Of a stretch of DNA of 64,000 nucleotides, positions 48,601 to 56,339 are shown in pieces. The translations under genes were made by a program, and so were the position numbers. Within the stretch, counting starts at the first letter, position 1; every line of letters starts with the position of its first letter. The notes beneath the pieces were generated by a model. The model was not told where the DNA came from. It was given only the letters and a program-made list of their open reading frames with translations, and did not search any database. The DNA lies in the NCBI GenBank assembly GCA_043101125.1, contig JBICHT010000088.1:145-64144 (forward strand), written 5' to 3'. The DNA comes from Phycisphaerales bacterium JB050. Lineage in GTDB: Bacteria; Planctomycetota; Phycisphaerae; Phycisphaerales; UBA1924.

Positions 48601-49022
48601 AGAAGGTCGCTGGCCTCGCCGCGCTCGTCCATCGTCACATCGCTGGAGCGAGCCACCGCGTTTGCCTGACGCTCGGCTTCACGCAAGTCGTTCTTCTCAA
48701 AGGCGTATTGCGCCTTCTGCAGGCTGACCGCCGCGCGGGTCATCGAGCGGAGCTTCGCATCGGCTTGACCCAGCAGATGCAGCGCGTCGGCACGCAGCTG
48801 CTGATCTGTTTCATTGCTACGGATCGCGAGCAGAGTTTCGCGAGCTTCGATGACGCGTCCGGCCTCCAGAAGCGAGCGGGCGGTAGTCAGTGAATCGCTG
48901 CCGATCGCCGCGTCAGTTGTGCCGGCACTTGAGGCGAGCGCCGCGGGGGTCAGGGTGGCGGCGGTGAGCGTAGCAGTCAGGGCTGCCATGGCACACGCGG
49001 ATCGAAGGATCGTGGTTCGCAT
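45630..49022 (-). CDS. secretin (GspD/PilQ superfamily), 1130 aa with long helical N-terminal extension
   Basis: C-terminal secretin signature GVPVLSSIPFINRFFTNRVTDKTELTLLVLIKPTII. Signal peptide MRTTILRSACAMAALTATL. ATG 49022 with GGAG 6 nt upstream; the track start is TTG 49034. Confidence 0.85.
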   Translation of the reverse strand: MRTTILRSACAMAALTATLTAATLTPAALASSAGTTDAAIGSDSLTTARSLLEAGRVIEARETLLAIRSNETDQQLRADALHLLGQADAKLRSMTRAAVSLQKAQYAFEKNDLREAERQANAVARSSDVTMDERGEASDLLNEIAKRRFELSSNLDSMLFQAHRDFENGNYAAAKAGAEAIDRLGLRLNQNDQRTLNRLKMQISDMERENGPLSTDVVSLGAVSPSTPTAAATFASLASSAQDGGDDDLVRRANRDAAMQALQAADAAFEDGRYAEAARAYAAILGSTSYVRVLTDQELNRIEMRSREANQLIGAAQPGDLDDVEATRRIIRGQIQTEVANLLEIATAAIAEGDFDSANINIAEARLRWQSGFNNGYFGEAEYRERLSQIEAAGRRLDAAEDQARLIEIQQTEEALNETINDQERKTREERAARVAESLDRLRALQAEKKYQEALAVVEEILFIDPNNPSALLMKDVLRDILLYREYSRIERERAYSFGEESLRMYEGTIIPGDVLDYPEDWPEISFRRGMRDAYVDSDADRRVLSTLNSRRIPARFNNDTAESVFSFLATVTNLNFDVDWDSLMAIGIDRDTPVDLELNEVPARVILDRVLEKISPDDFDRASWAVQDGIVVVASDRDLRRRTFIVIYDVRDLIFEIPDYADVPNLDIDDVLDQGGQGGGGGGGGIFDDPDDGGGTPGANEAENLEDLLEIIQTAVDFDGWRDNGGDTGIVQELNGNLIITNTSRNHRDINTLLRQLREIRNIQITCECRFLTVSQDFFEQIGFDLDIYFNGRNQQYDNAQTLFGLDQGAVIPTPSGDILGNPGQVLTENGRPVFTGTAPGFFDPGGGAPPVYVPDANFVAGPVQQGSFSIVPTESNSNELATSILSGSEFASNILGLSPALSVAGTFFDDIQVDFLVEATQADRRSVVLTAPRLTFTNGKTANVSVTTQRAFVSDLQPVVGTSSVAFDPTLSTASEGFTLLLRGVVSADRRYVTLSVEATTAVIEDFIGASISAQVGGGDGGGDTVTSETEIQQPIVQVTRVQTGVTIPDKGTILLGGQRITTETETEVGVPVLSSIPFINRFFTNRVTDKTELTLLVLIKPTIILQGEEEEMAFPGLNEQLRENFSY

Positions 49023-49342
49023 GCGAGTCTCCAAAGGATCGCTGTGTTTGAGGCACAGGGTCGCACCCGGGTGCCTCTCGAATGGGTACAGAGAATCTAA
49101 GCTCCAGCATCCGATCTGAAGCCGCGGAACCGGGTCCGCGATTTATTCTGGAACCGGGGGATGCCCGTGAGCGGTGCTCCGGGCATTCCGCACCTTACAG
49201 AACGATTGGCGGAACATACCGGCCACCTTTTGGCGACGCAACCGCTCAGATGTTCCCCAATTTCTGACGACGCTTTCACTTTCGTTCCCTCTTGCATGAT
49301 CCGTGACTCGCGCCAGCCCCTCTTCAGCGGTACGCTTGAGGT

Positions 49343-51775
49343 GTGAACGATCCACGACTGTTCGAAATCAAACCGGTCCCGGATCGGGACGGTGAGCGGG
49401 CCATTTTGAGTGACCCAGCCGAGCAGGCCCGCTTTGTTGCCATCGTCCCCGAGCGGGGGATCGAGTCGGTCAGCGGCGCGTTTACCTACAAAGAAAGCGA
49501 CAATGTGTCGTCGCTCGAAATCGGCGATCGGGTCAGAATCCCCCTTGGCAGGGGAAATACACCGGTTAGCGGCATCGTCGTCGCTGTAGATTGCCCGCCG
49601 CCAGACACGAAGGGGCCCGTCAAAGCCGTGCTCTCCCGTGAAGGACACGCGCTGAATCCATCGCTCATCAGGCTCTCCGAATGGCTTGCCCGGTACTACT
49701 GCTGCCCGGTCGGGATGGTGCTGGCGACCATGCTTCCCGCTGCAGTAAAGAAAGGTACGGGGCGTCGGCGACAGGTCACGCTGCGTCCGCCAGGCATACC
49801 CCCAGAGCAGGTGGTCCAGGTGCTGACCCCGACGGCTCGCGAAGCCTGGGAATCCTACATCGCTCGTTTTGGGGGGGATCCTGCGCGATGGCCCCGGCTG
49901 ACCAAGAAAAGTTTGGTGTCTGAACTGGGCCTGAAGTCCGCTGCTCCGCTCGGTCGCCTGCTCAAAGCAGGCGTGCTTATCGAAGAAGAGCGGATGGTGG
50001 TTCGTGGGTCGGTCGAGGCGGACTACGCCCAGGCCTCTGGCGCGCCCGAGCCTCCGCTCACACCCGATCAGCAGGCCGCGATTGAGGCCATCACGCCCAC
50101 CCTCGGGACCTTCGCGACCCATCTCATCCTGGGGGTGACCGGCAGCGGCAAGACCGAGGTCTACCTCCAACTCCTGCGGCGAGTCCTCGACCGAGGGCAA
50201 TCCGGGCTGGTGCTGGTCCCGGAGATCAGCCTGACCCCGCAGACCGCCGGACGGTTCGTGCAACGCTTCGCGTCCGAAGACATCGGCGTCGCGGTGCTGC
50301 ACTCCGGTCTCACCGCCAGCCAGCGTCACGCCGAGTGGCGTCGCGTCGAGTCCGGGGAGGCCCGCATCGTCATTGGCGCCCGCTCGGCGGTGTTCGCGCC
50401 GTTCCCCGAGGGCGAGGGGCAGCCGTCGCTGGGCATCGTGATCGTCGATGAAGAGCACGATGGCTCGTACAAGCAGGACCAGTTGCCGCGTTACCACGCG
50501 CGCGATGTCGCGCTCAAGCGGGCGCAGATGGTCGGTTGTCCGGTGGTGCTCGGCTCGGCGACGCCGTCGCTGGAATCGTGGCACAACGCGCGGAGCGGTC
50601 GGTATCAACTCATCGAGATGCCCCGGCGAGTCGGTGGGGGGGTACTGCCGCATGTGCGCATCGTCGATCTCGCCGAAGAACGCCGGAACCGGGTGGTGGA
50701 TTCGCACAAGCAGCACGCCATCGGGCCGACCCTCGAAGGGCACATCGCCCAGACTCTGAAGAAACCGGTCGGCGACGGCGGGCAGATCCTGCTGCTGCTC
50801 AACCGACGCGGCTTTGCCCACTATGTCTGCTGCGCCGACCAGAAGTGTGGCTGGAAACTCGAGTGCGACCAGTGCACTTCGACCATGGTCTTTCACAAGA
50901 ACCGCTTGCCACAAAGCCGTTCGGGCTCGGGTGGTTACCTCAAGTGCCACCACTGCCTGAGCATGCAGGAGTTGCCGCTGCAGTGTCCGCGCTGCGCCAA
51001 GAAACTGATCCTGCTCGGATCCGGCACGCAGCGATTGGAAGCGGAACTCAAGGCGAAGTTCGGGCTGGAGCAGGACGAGGCGGACGGTCTGCTGCGTCTC
51101 GACAGCGACACGATGAACAGCGCGAAGGATTATTTCAGCGCGCTCGAACGGTTCCGCACCGGCCAGGTGCGCATGCTCATCGGCACGCAGATGATCGCGA
51201 AGGGGCTGGACTTTCCGAATGTGTCGCTGGTCGGCGTGATCAGCGCAGACACCGCGCTCGCGACACCGGACTTCCGGGCCGGTGAACGGGCGTTCCAGCT
51301 TGTGGCGCAGGTCGCGGGGCGTGCGGGGCGGGCATCATCCGGCGGGCGTGTGATCGTGCAGACGATGGAGCCGGAGCACCCGGCGATCCTCGCCGCGGCT
51401 CAGCACGACTACCGATCGTTTGCCGACGCGGAACTGGAGTTCCGTCGGGCGTTCGGCCTGCCGCCGGTGGGTCGCATGGCTCGGCTGATCTTCCGCGATC
51501 AGGACCCGGAGAAGGCGGGCAAACGAGCGTGGGAGGTCTCGCGCGAGATCCAGGCGATCCGCGCCGACCCACAAGCCGGGCTAGCCGACCTGAACACCAA
51601 GGGGCCGATGGACGCGCCGATGGCGCGTGTGGCGGGCTTCTATCGTGTGGCGATCGAATTGCTCGCACCGAGTGCGGGACAGATCCAGCGGGTGCTGACC
51701 GCGCTGCGCTCGCGGGGGCTGGTCAAGAGCGATGCGAGCTGCGCGGTGGATGTGGATCCGATCTCGATGTTGTGA
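49343..51775 (+). CDS. priA: primosomal protein N-prime (replication restart helicase)
   Basis: GVTGSGKTEVYL, DEEHD, the Cys-rich zinc-binding insertion (CCADQKCGWKLECDQC...CHHC...CPRC) and GTQMIAKGLDFPNV. Confidence 0.92.
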   Translation: MNDPRLFEIKPVPDRDGERAILSDPAEQARFVAIVPERGIESVSGAFTYKESDNVSSLEIGDRVRIPLGRGNTPVSGIVVAVDCPPPDTKGPVKAVLSREGHALNPSLIRLSEWLARYYCCPVGMVLATMLPAAVKKGTGRRRQVTLRPPGIPPEQVVQVLTPTAREAWESYIARFGGDPARWPRLTKKSLVSELGLKSAAPLGRLLKAGVLIEEERMVVRGSVEADYAQASGAPEPPLTPDQQAAIEAITPTLGTFATHLILGVTGSGKTEVYLQLLRRVLDRGQSGLVLVPEISLTPQTAGRFVQRFASEDIGVAVLHSGLTASQRHAEWRRVESGEARIVIGARSAVFAPFPEGEGQPSLGIVIVDEEHDGSYKQDQLPRYHARDVALKRAQMVGCPVVLGSATPSLESWHNARSGRYQLIEMPRRVGGGVLPHVRIVDLAEERRNRVVDSHKQHAIGPTLEGHIAQTLKKPVGDGGQILLLLNRRGFAHYVCCADQKCGWKLECDQCTSTMVFHKNRLPQSRSGSGGYLKCHHCLSMQELPLQCPRCAKKLILLGSGTQRLEAELKAKFGLEQDEADGLLRLDSDTMNSAKDYFSALERFRTGQVRMLIGTQMIAKGLDFPNVSLVGVISADTALATPDFRAGERAFQLVAQVAGRAGRASSGGRVIVQTMEPEHPAILAAAQHDYRSFADAELEFRRAFGLPPVGRMARLIFRDQDPEKAGKRAWEVSREIQAIRADPQAGLADLNTKGPMDAPMARVAGFYRVAIELLAPSAGQIQRVLTALRSRGLVKSDASCAVDVDPISML

Positions 51776-51785
51776 GGAGTACGCC

Positions 51786-52124
51786 GTGGTCCAGGAATAT
51801 CGACAGCCGAATCCAATCGCGGGGATTCTTCGCTCAAAGACGACGAGGCCCGCATGGTTGGCCGTGACTCTGGTTGGGGTGGCTTTGCAGATCTTTGCTG
51901 CGATGACGCTACCCGACGGCGTGTTCGGGCCTACGCCGTGGTGGGCGGTCATGCTGCCGCCGCTGCTCTGGATCGCTTCGGATGTGTTCTGTGTCGTCCT
52001 TGCGGTGCATCAGATCGTTGTCATCAAGACCGTGCCGTGGCTTGTGTATGCCTCCGCAGTCGTTTGCGCGGCGGGAACCGTAGTCAGTATTCAACTCACG
52101 AATTCGTATCTCGCGGTGGCCTGA
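51786..52124 (+). CDS. small integral membrane protein (hypothetical)
   Basis: GTG 51786 lies 6 nt after GAGGAG (51774-51779), directly behind the priA stop. Three predicted TM helices. Confidence 0.5.
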   Translation: MVQEYRQPNPIAGILRSKTTRPAWLAVTLVGVALQIFAAMTLPDGVFGPTPWWAVMLPPLLWIASDVFCVVLAVHQIVVIKTVPWLVYASAVVCAAGTVVSIQLTNSYLAVA

Positions 52125-52195
52125 GCGCTGGAGGCGGCCGGATTGGGTTGCGTCTCGTATGGCCCTGCACTGGCGGATAAACCGCCAACGACACC

Positions 52196-52223
52196 AAAGA
52201 AAAAGCCCCGCGTGTGCAGGGCT
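52196..52223 (-). terminator. rho-independent terminator after rho
   Basis: Reverse-strand hairpin AGCCCTGCA-cac-GCGGGGCT (one mismatch) followed by TTTTTCTTT. It lies 27 nt after the stop. Confidence 0.6.
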
Positions 52224-52249
52224 TATGCGATCGGTGATGTCGATTCGGC

Positions 52250-54130
52250 TCAACCGAGGTTCATCGTCATCAGGAATTCGGCGTTGGTCTTCGACTTGCT
52301 CAGGCGGTTCTTCATGAGTTCCATGGCCTCGACGACATTCATGTCGCTGAGGACCTTGCGCAGTCGGTAGACGAGTTCCAGTTCCTTCGGGTCGAGCAGC
52401 AGTTCCTCGCGACGGGTGCCGGAGGCGGCGACATCGATCGCGGGGTAGATGCGCTTCTCGACCAGTTTGCGGTCGAGGTGCAGTTCGCTGTTACCGGTGC
52501 CCTTGAACTCTTCGAAGATGACCTCGTCGGCCTTCGAGCCGGTATCGACCAGCGCGGTGCCGAGGATGGTCAGCGAGCCGCCGTTCTCGATCGCGCGGGC
52601 CGAGCCGAAGAACTTCTTCGGGCGGGTTAGCGCGCCGGAGTCGATACCGCCGGACATGATCTTGCCGGTGTTCGGGCTCGCGGCGTTGTACGCACGGGCC
52701 AAGCGGGTGATCGAGTCGAGCAGGATGACGACATGCTCGCCATACTCGACATAGCGTCGGGCCTTCTCCATGACCATCTCGGCGACCTGGACATGGCGGG
52801 AGGAGTGCTCGTCGAAGGTGGAGGCCACGACTTCGACCGACTCGTCGGTATTGCGCTTGAAGTCGGTGACTTCTTCGGGGCGCTCGTCGATGAGCAGCAC
52901 GATGATCTTCACATCGGGGTAGTTGGTGCTGATCGCCTTGGTGATCTTCTGCATCAGTACGGTCTTGCCGGTGCGGGGCGGCGCGACGATGAGGGCACGC
53001 TGGCCGCGACCGATCGGGGCGACCAGGTCAACGACGCGGGTCTCGAGAATGTTCGGCTCGGTTTCGAGCACGAAGCGCTCTTCGGGGTGCAGCGGGGTCA
53101 TGTCTTCGAAAATCGGGAGTTGACGCGCCTTCTTCGGGTCGCTGCCGTTCACCGCATCGATGCGGACCAGCGCGAAGAACCGTTCGCCTTCCTTGGGAGG
53201 ACGGATGACGCCCTCGATCTCCATGCCCGGGCGCAGACCCATGCGCCGGATCTGTGACGGCGAGACATAGATGTCCGACGGGCCGGCCATGTACGAGTCT
53301 TCCGGCGATCGCAGGAACCCAAAGCCTTCAGGGGCGATGTACAGCGTGCCCTCGCCGAACATGATCTGGTCCTGTTCGGCGCGACGCCGGAGGATCTCCA
53401 TCATCAGTTCGGCGCGGGGCAGTTTGGTGGCTTCCTCGATGCCCTCCTCTTCGGCGAACTTGTGCAGGTCTTCGACCGGCATCGCCTGGAGTTTGGAGAC
53501 ATGCAGGGCGTGCTCGGCGGCTTCCTCGTAGTCCCCGCTTTTGGCGAGTTCTTCGAGTGCTCGGGCTTCGCGCTCAAGGTCGTCTTCGTTCGGGAGGACG
53601 GAGGACGGGATTCCCGATGAGCCGCGGCTGTATTTGTGCGCACCCTGCTGAGAGGAGTGCGGGCTTCCACCGCCACTACCGCCCTTCTTTTTCTTCTTGC
53701 GACGCCGTCCGCCGCTGGTCCCGTTCTGGCTCTGGTACTGCTGGGCGCCGGAGCCGCCACCAGTGGAGTTGTCGCCGCCCTGGCGATTGCGCAAGTCCGT
53801 GGGTTGACGGTCATTGCGAGAGGATCCCGAATCGCTGGTGTTCGAAGAAGCAGACTCCTTCTTAGATTCGGGCTTGGTATCCGGCTTGGAGTCCGAGGTG
53901 TTCCGCTTTGGTTCCGGCTTGGGCTTGGGCTCCGGCGTGCTCGACGACTTCTTGGTTTCGGCGGTGCTGTCCGCGCTCTTGGTGGAGGCTGCCTTGCTCG
54001 AACTGCGGGTCTTCGACTTCGCACCCTCGGGCACGGATTCAAGCACCGAGGCGGGGGCCTTCTTCTTGGTCGTGGTCTTGCGGACCCGCTTCTTCGTGAC
54101 GGTCTTCGAGACGCTGTCGGAATCAGCCAT
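52250..54130 (-). CDS. rho: transcription termination factor Rho with ~200-aa N-terminal low-complexity extension
   Basis: PIGRGQRALIVAPPRTGKT, VLLIDERPEEV and SGALTRPKKFFGSARA. Start trimmed from 54334 to ATG 54130, which has a GAGGAA SD. Confidence 0.92.
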   Translation of the reverse strand: MADSDSVSKTVTKKRVRKTTTKKKAPASVLESVPEGAKSKTRSSSKAASTKSADSTAETKKSSSTPEPKPKPEPKRNTSDSKPDTKPESKKESASSNTSDSGSSRNDRQPTDLRNRQGGDNSTGGGSGAQQYQSQNGTSGGRRRKKKKKGGSGGGSPHSSQQGAHKYSRGSSGIPSSVLPNEDDLEREARALEELAKSGDYEEAAEHALHVSKLQAMPVEDLHKFAEEEGIEEATKLPRAELMMEILRRRAEQDQIMFGEGTLYIAPEGFGFLRSPEDSYMAGPSDIYVSPSQIRRMGLRPGMEIEGVIRPPKEGERFFALVRIDAVNGSDPKKARQLPIFEDMTPLHPEERFVLETEPNILETRVVDLVAPIGRGQRALIVAPPRTGKTVLMQKITKAISTNYPDVKIIVLLIDERPEEVTDFKRNTDESVEVVASTFDEHSSRHVQVAEMVMEKARRYVEYGEHVVILLDSITRLARAYNAASPNTGKIMSGGIDSGALTRPKKFFGSARAIENGGSLTILGTALVDTGSKADEVIFEEFKGTGNSELHLDRKLVEKRIYPAIDVAASGTRREELLLDPKELELVYRLRKVLSDMNVVEAMELMKNRLSKSKTNAEFLMTMNLG

Positions 54131-54371
54131 TGCGCGTGTTCCTCGTGGGTGCCCGTTCTGCGCTCGAGCAGAAACGGGGGTCGGATAGGTTGAAAGCGTG
54201 GAGAAGTGTGGGGGGAGCCGGGCATCTGCCGCGGCGGAAACCTCAACGGTCCCGCCTGACCCGAACTGGTCTGGGAGAATACCGATACGCAAGGCCGGAT
54301 CGCGCGGTGGCTTCGGCGGGTCGCGTCGGTTCAAAGTGCGAAGGGGCGTCGGGCAGCGGACGCCGGATCGA

Positions 54372-55019
54372 TCAGGCCCGTCCAGTGTCTGGCGAAGCCT
54401 CGTTCAAGAGTATAGCAGATATTTCCGCAACTCGGTCACGAAGATGGTTTTTTCCTTGTTCATTCTCGACAACGAACCGGGATCGGGCTTTTTTCTCGGC
54501 AAGGGGCATTTGTGCCGCCTCCCGGCGATAGAGCTCTTCCGCGGACCACCCCCGGTGTTCCTCGACACGCCGCCGGCGTGTGGCTTCGGATGTCTCGACA
54601 AACACCACCGCATCACACGCTTCATCCTGGCCCGACTCGAACAGCAGCGGGGCATCCAGCACGATCCCGGGCATCGCGGCCTCGCGGGCCATGTGCTGCG
54701 CCTGCTCGCGGGTTAGGAGGACCATGGGGTGGAGCAGGCTCTCAAGCCGCCTGCGCTCGGACTCGTCAGCGAACACGATCGACGCGACCGCCTTGCGATC
54801 CAGCGAGCCGTCCTCATCGAGCACCTTCTCGCCCCACCAGTCCACGAGCGTATCGCGAACAGCGATCGTGGTGAGAGCCTTGCGGATCTCCGCATCGAAA
54901 TCCACGACGAGCCAGCCGAGGTCGCCGAATACACCGGCGACCTTCGACTTGCCCGAACCGATCCCACCGGCGATGCCGAGGACTACTGGTGCAGACTTGG
55001 TGGTTGATCGTACAGACAC
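54372..55019 (-). CDS. coaE: dephospho-CoA kinase
   Basis: VLGIAGGIGSGKSKVAGVF P-loop and typical CoaE length (215 aa). GTG start. The 5-prime 84 nt are duplicated at 56202..56285. Confidence 0.88.
   Translation of the reverse strand: MSVRSTTKSAPVVLGIAGGIGSGKSKVAGVFGDLGWLVVDFDAEIRKALTTIAVRDTLVDWWGEKVLDEDGSLDRKAVASIVFADESERRRLESLLHPMVLLTREQAQHMAREAAMPGIVLDAPLLFESGQDEACDAVVFVETSEATRRRRVEEHRGWSAEELYRREAAQMPLAEKKARSRFVVENEQGKNHLRDRVAEISAILLNEASPDTGRA
54909..54992. repeat. 84-bp direct repeat, copy 1 (inside the functional coaE 5-prime end)
   Basis: By hand alignment, 81 of 84 nt are identical to 56202..56285. Confidence 0.9.
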
Positions 55020-55084
55020 GCTTGGATCCTATATGGAGTTCTCCCTTCTGGCGGAGTCAGGAGGGAGGACACGCGAGTCGTTGA

Positions 55085-56125
55085 TTAGCGGTAGGGAGGG
55101 AAGGCACGGCGAACGACATGAGTGAGAACAACGGCTAAAAATGCCGCATTTCGAATCGGTTGAAATGCGAACCACCACAAACTTGGGATCGCGGGGGGGT
55201 CACCTTGTGTGCACAATTCTTCGATGTAGGAGCGAGTGACCGGGTAATCTTTCACTCGTGCGAGCCAATCTGTCGGTATCTGTTCAGGTGACTGCGCTCC
55301 GAGGAGGCCTCCCACGATCGCGGCGAGTGTATCCGTATCGCCTCCGAGCAAGACGGCTCGCCGGATTCCGTTTTCAGTGGACCCTCTTTCGCTGAGCCAG
55401 AGGTGAATCGCGACGGGCACGGTGTGCATGATAAACCCGCTCACGCCGGTCTTACCGCATGTGCGAGCCGCGTACTCTTCACTTGATTCCTTATCTTTAA
55501 CAGAGGCTACAACAGATTCGATCGCGTTCCTCATCTCCCCATCTGGTAGGTTCACCGCGATGGTTTCATAGTAGATTTCGAGCTTCGAGGGGCAGCCATT
55601 AGATCCCCTCGCAATCATCGCGGCTAGTGCTACGGCCAAGGCACCATGTTCGGCTCGCTCGTCCGTATGGGTAATACGACTCGCTATTCGCACATACGAG
55701 CGCAATTCTGCTTCATTCTGGCAAAGGGTTCCGAGCACGCCCGTTCGCATCACAGGGCCGTTCCCGGCTGAATGCACGCCACTCCGGGACGGAGATACGC
55801 CAAGCAGGAGTCGGATACAGGCCTTTGCGGTCGCCATGCCACAACCCGGAGGCAGACAAATGAACCAGAGTCGAAGATAGCGTGCGAGGTACTTGGCGAA
55901 TGCGTCTGCGTCACCGTTCGACCTGCGCCAGGCGAGCACCGTCATGACGGCGTGTTCCGTATCGTCACTGACCATGCCACGACCGAAAACCAAGCGCTGC
56001 TGAAGTGGCTTGTCACCGACAAGTGCACGAACGCGAGCATGACTGAGTCGCTCGAAGGGCAGACCTATCGTGTCACCGGCCATGGTTCCGAGCATGAAGC
56101 CGAGTGTCGCGGAGGGGTCATTCAT
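55085..56125 (-). CDS. ADP-ribosylglycohydrolase family protein
   Basis: GDTIGLPFE near the N-terminus and GGDTDTLAAIVGGLLGA (ARH metal-binding DxDT motif). Start set to ATG 56125 (MNDPSATLGF...). The longer track ORF reads into the repeat. Confidence 0.85.
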   Translation of the reverse strand: MNDPSATLGFMLGTMAGDTIGLPFERLSHARVRALVGDKPLQQRLVFGRGMVSDDTEHAVMTVLAWRRSNGDADAFAKYLARYLRLWFICLPPGCGMATAKACIRLLLGVSPSRSGVHSAGNGPVMRTGVLGTLCQNEAELRSYVRIASRITHTDERAEHGALAVALAAMIARGSNGCPSKLEIYYETIAVNLPDGEMRNAIESVVASVKDKESSEEYAARTCGKTGVSGFIMHTVPVAIHLWLSERGSTENGIRRAVLLGGDTDTLAAIVGGLLGAQSPEQIPTDWLARVKDYPVTRSYIEELCTQGDPPAIPSLWWFAFQPIRNAAFLAVVLTHVVRRAFPPYR

Positions 56126-56315
56126 GGTACCCATCCGCCAAGATCGCAGTCGGTATGTAGCGCCGAAATTCTTCGTGATGGCAACCGGCAACAACAGCGC
56201 AGAGCCAGCCGAGGTCGTCGAATACACCGGCGACCTTCGACTTGCCCGAACCGATCCCGCCGGCGATGCCGAGGACAACTGGTGCTGCGTTCGGCTGTGC
56301 GGGATCGGGCATCAC
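56118..56315 (-). pseudogene. truncated coaE 5-prime fragment (65 codons), probably the ancestral coaE start
   Basis: Encodes MMPDPAQPNAAPVVLGIAGGIGSGKSKVAGVFDDLGWL, then unrelated sequence. It stops in ATGAATGA, overlapping the ARH start codon. Confidence 0.7.
56202..56285. repeat. 84-bp direct repeat, copy 2
   Basis: 81 of 84 nt are identical to 54909..54992. The mismatches are C/T, A/G and T/A. Confidence 0.9.
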
Positions 56316-56339
56316 TTCATGTTACCTCGGGAACTCGCT

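Noticed and set aside
49097-50953. 618-aa - strand ORF
   Set aside because: It is antisense to priA, whose + frame has the Walker A, DEEHD and zinc-finger motifs. No motifs are present in the antisense product.
55085-56278. Longest-ORF version of the ARH gene (397 aa), and other N-terminally extended track ORFs (9091, 22846..24822, 33628, 38397..40391, 40295, 52250..54334)
   Set aside because: The extensions read through upstream intergenic or repeat sequence in Arg/Pro/Ser-rich frames. Homology-consistent N-termini and SD sequences support internal starts at 56125, 9226, 24606, 33715, 40223, 40394 and 54130.
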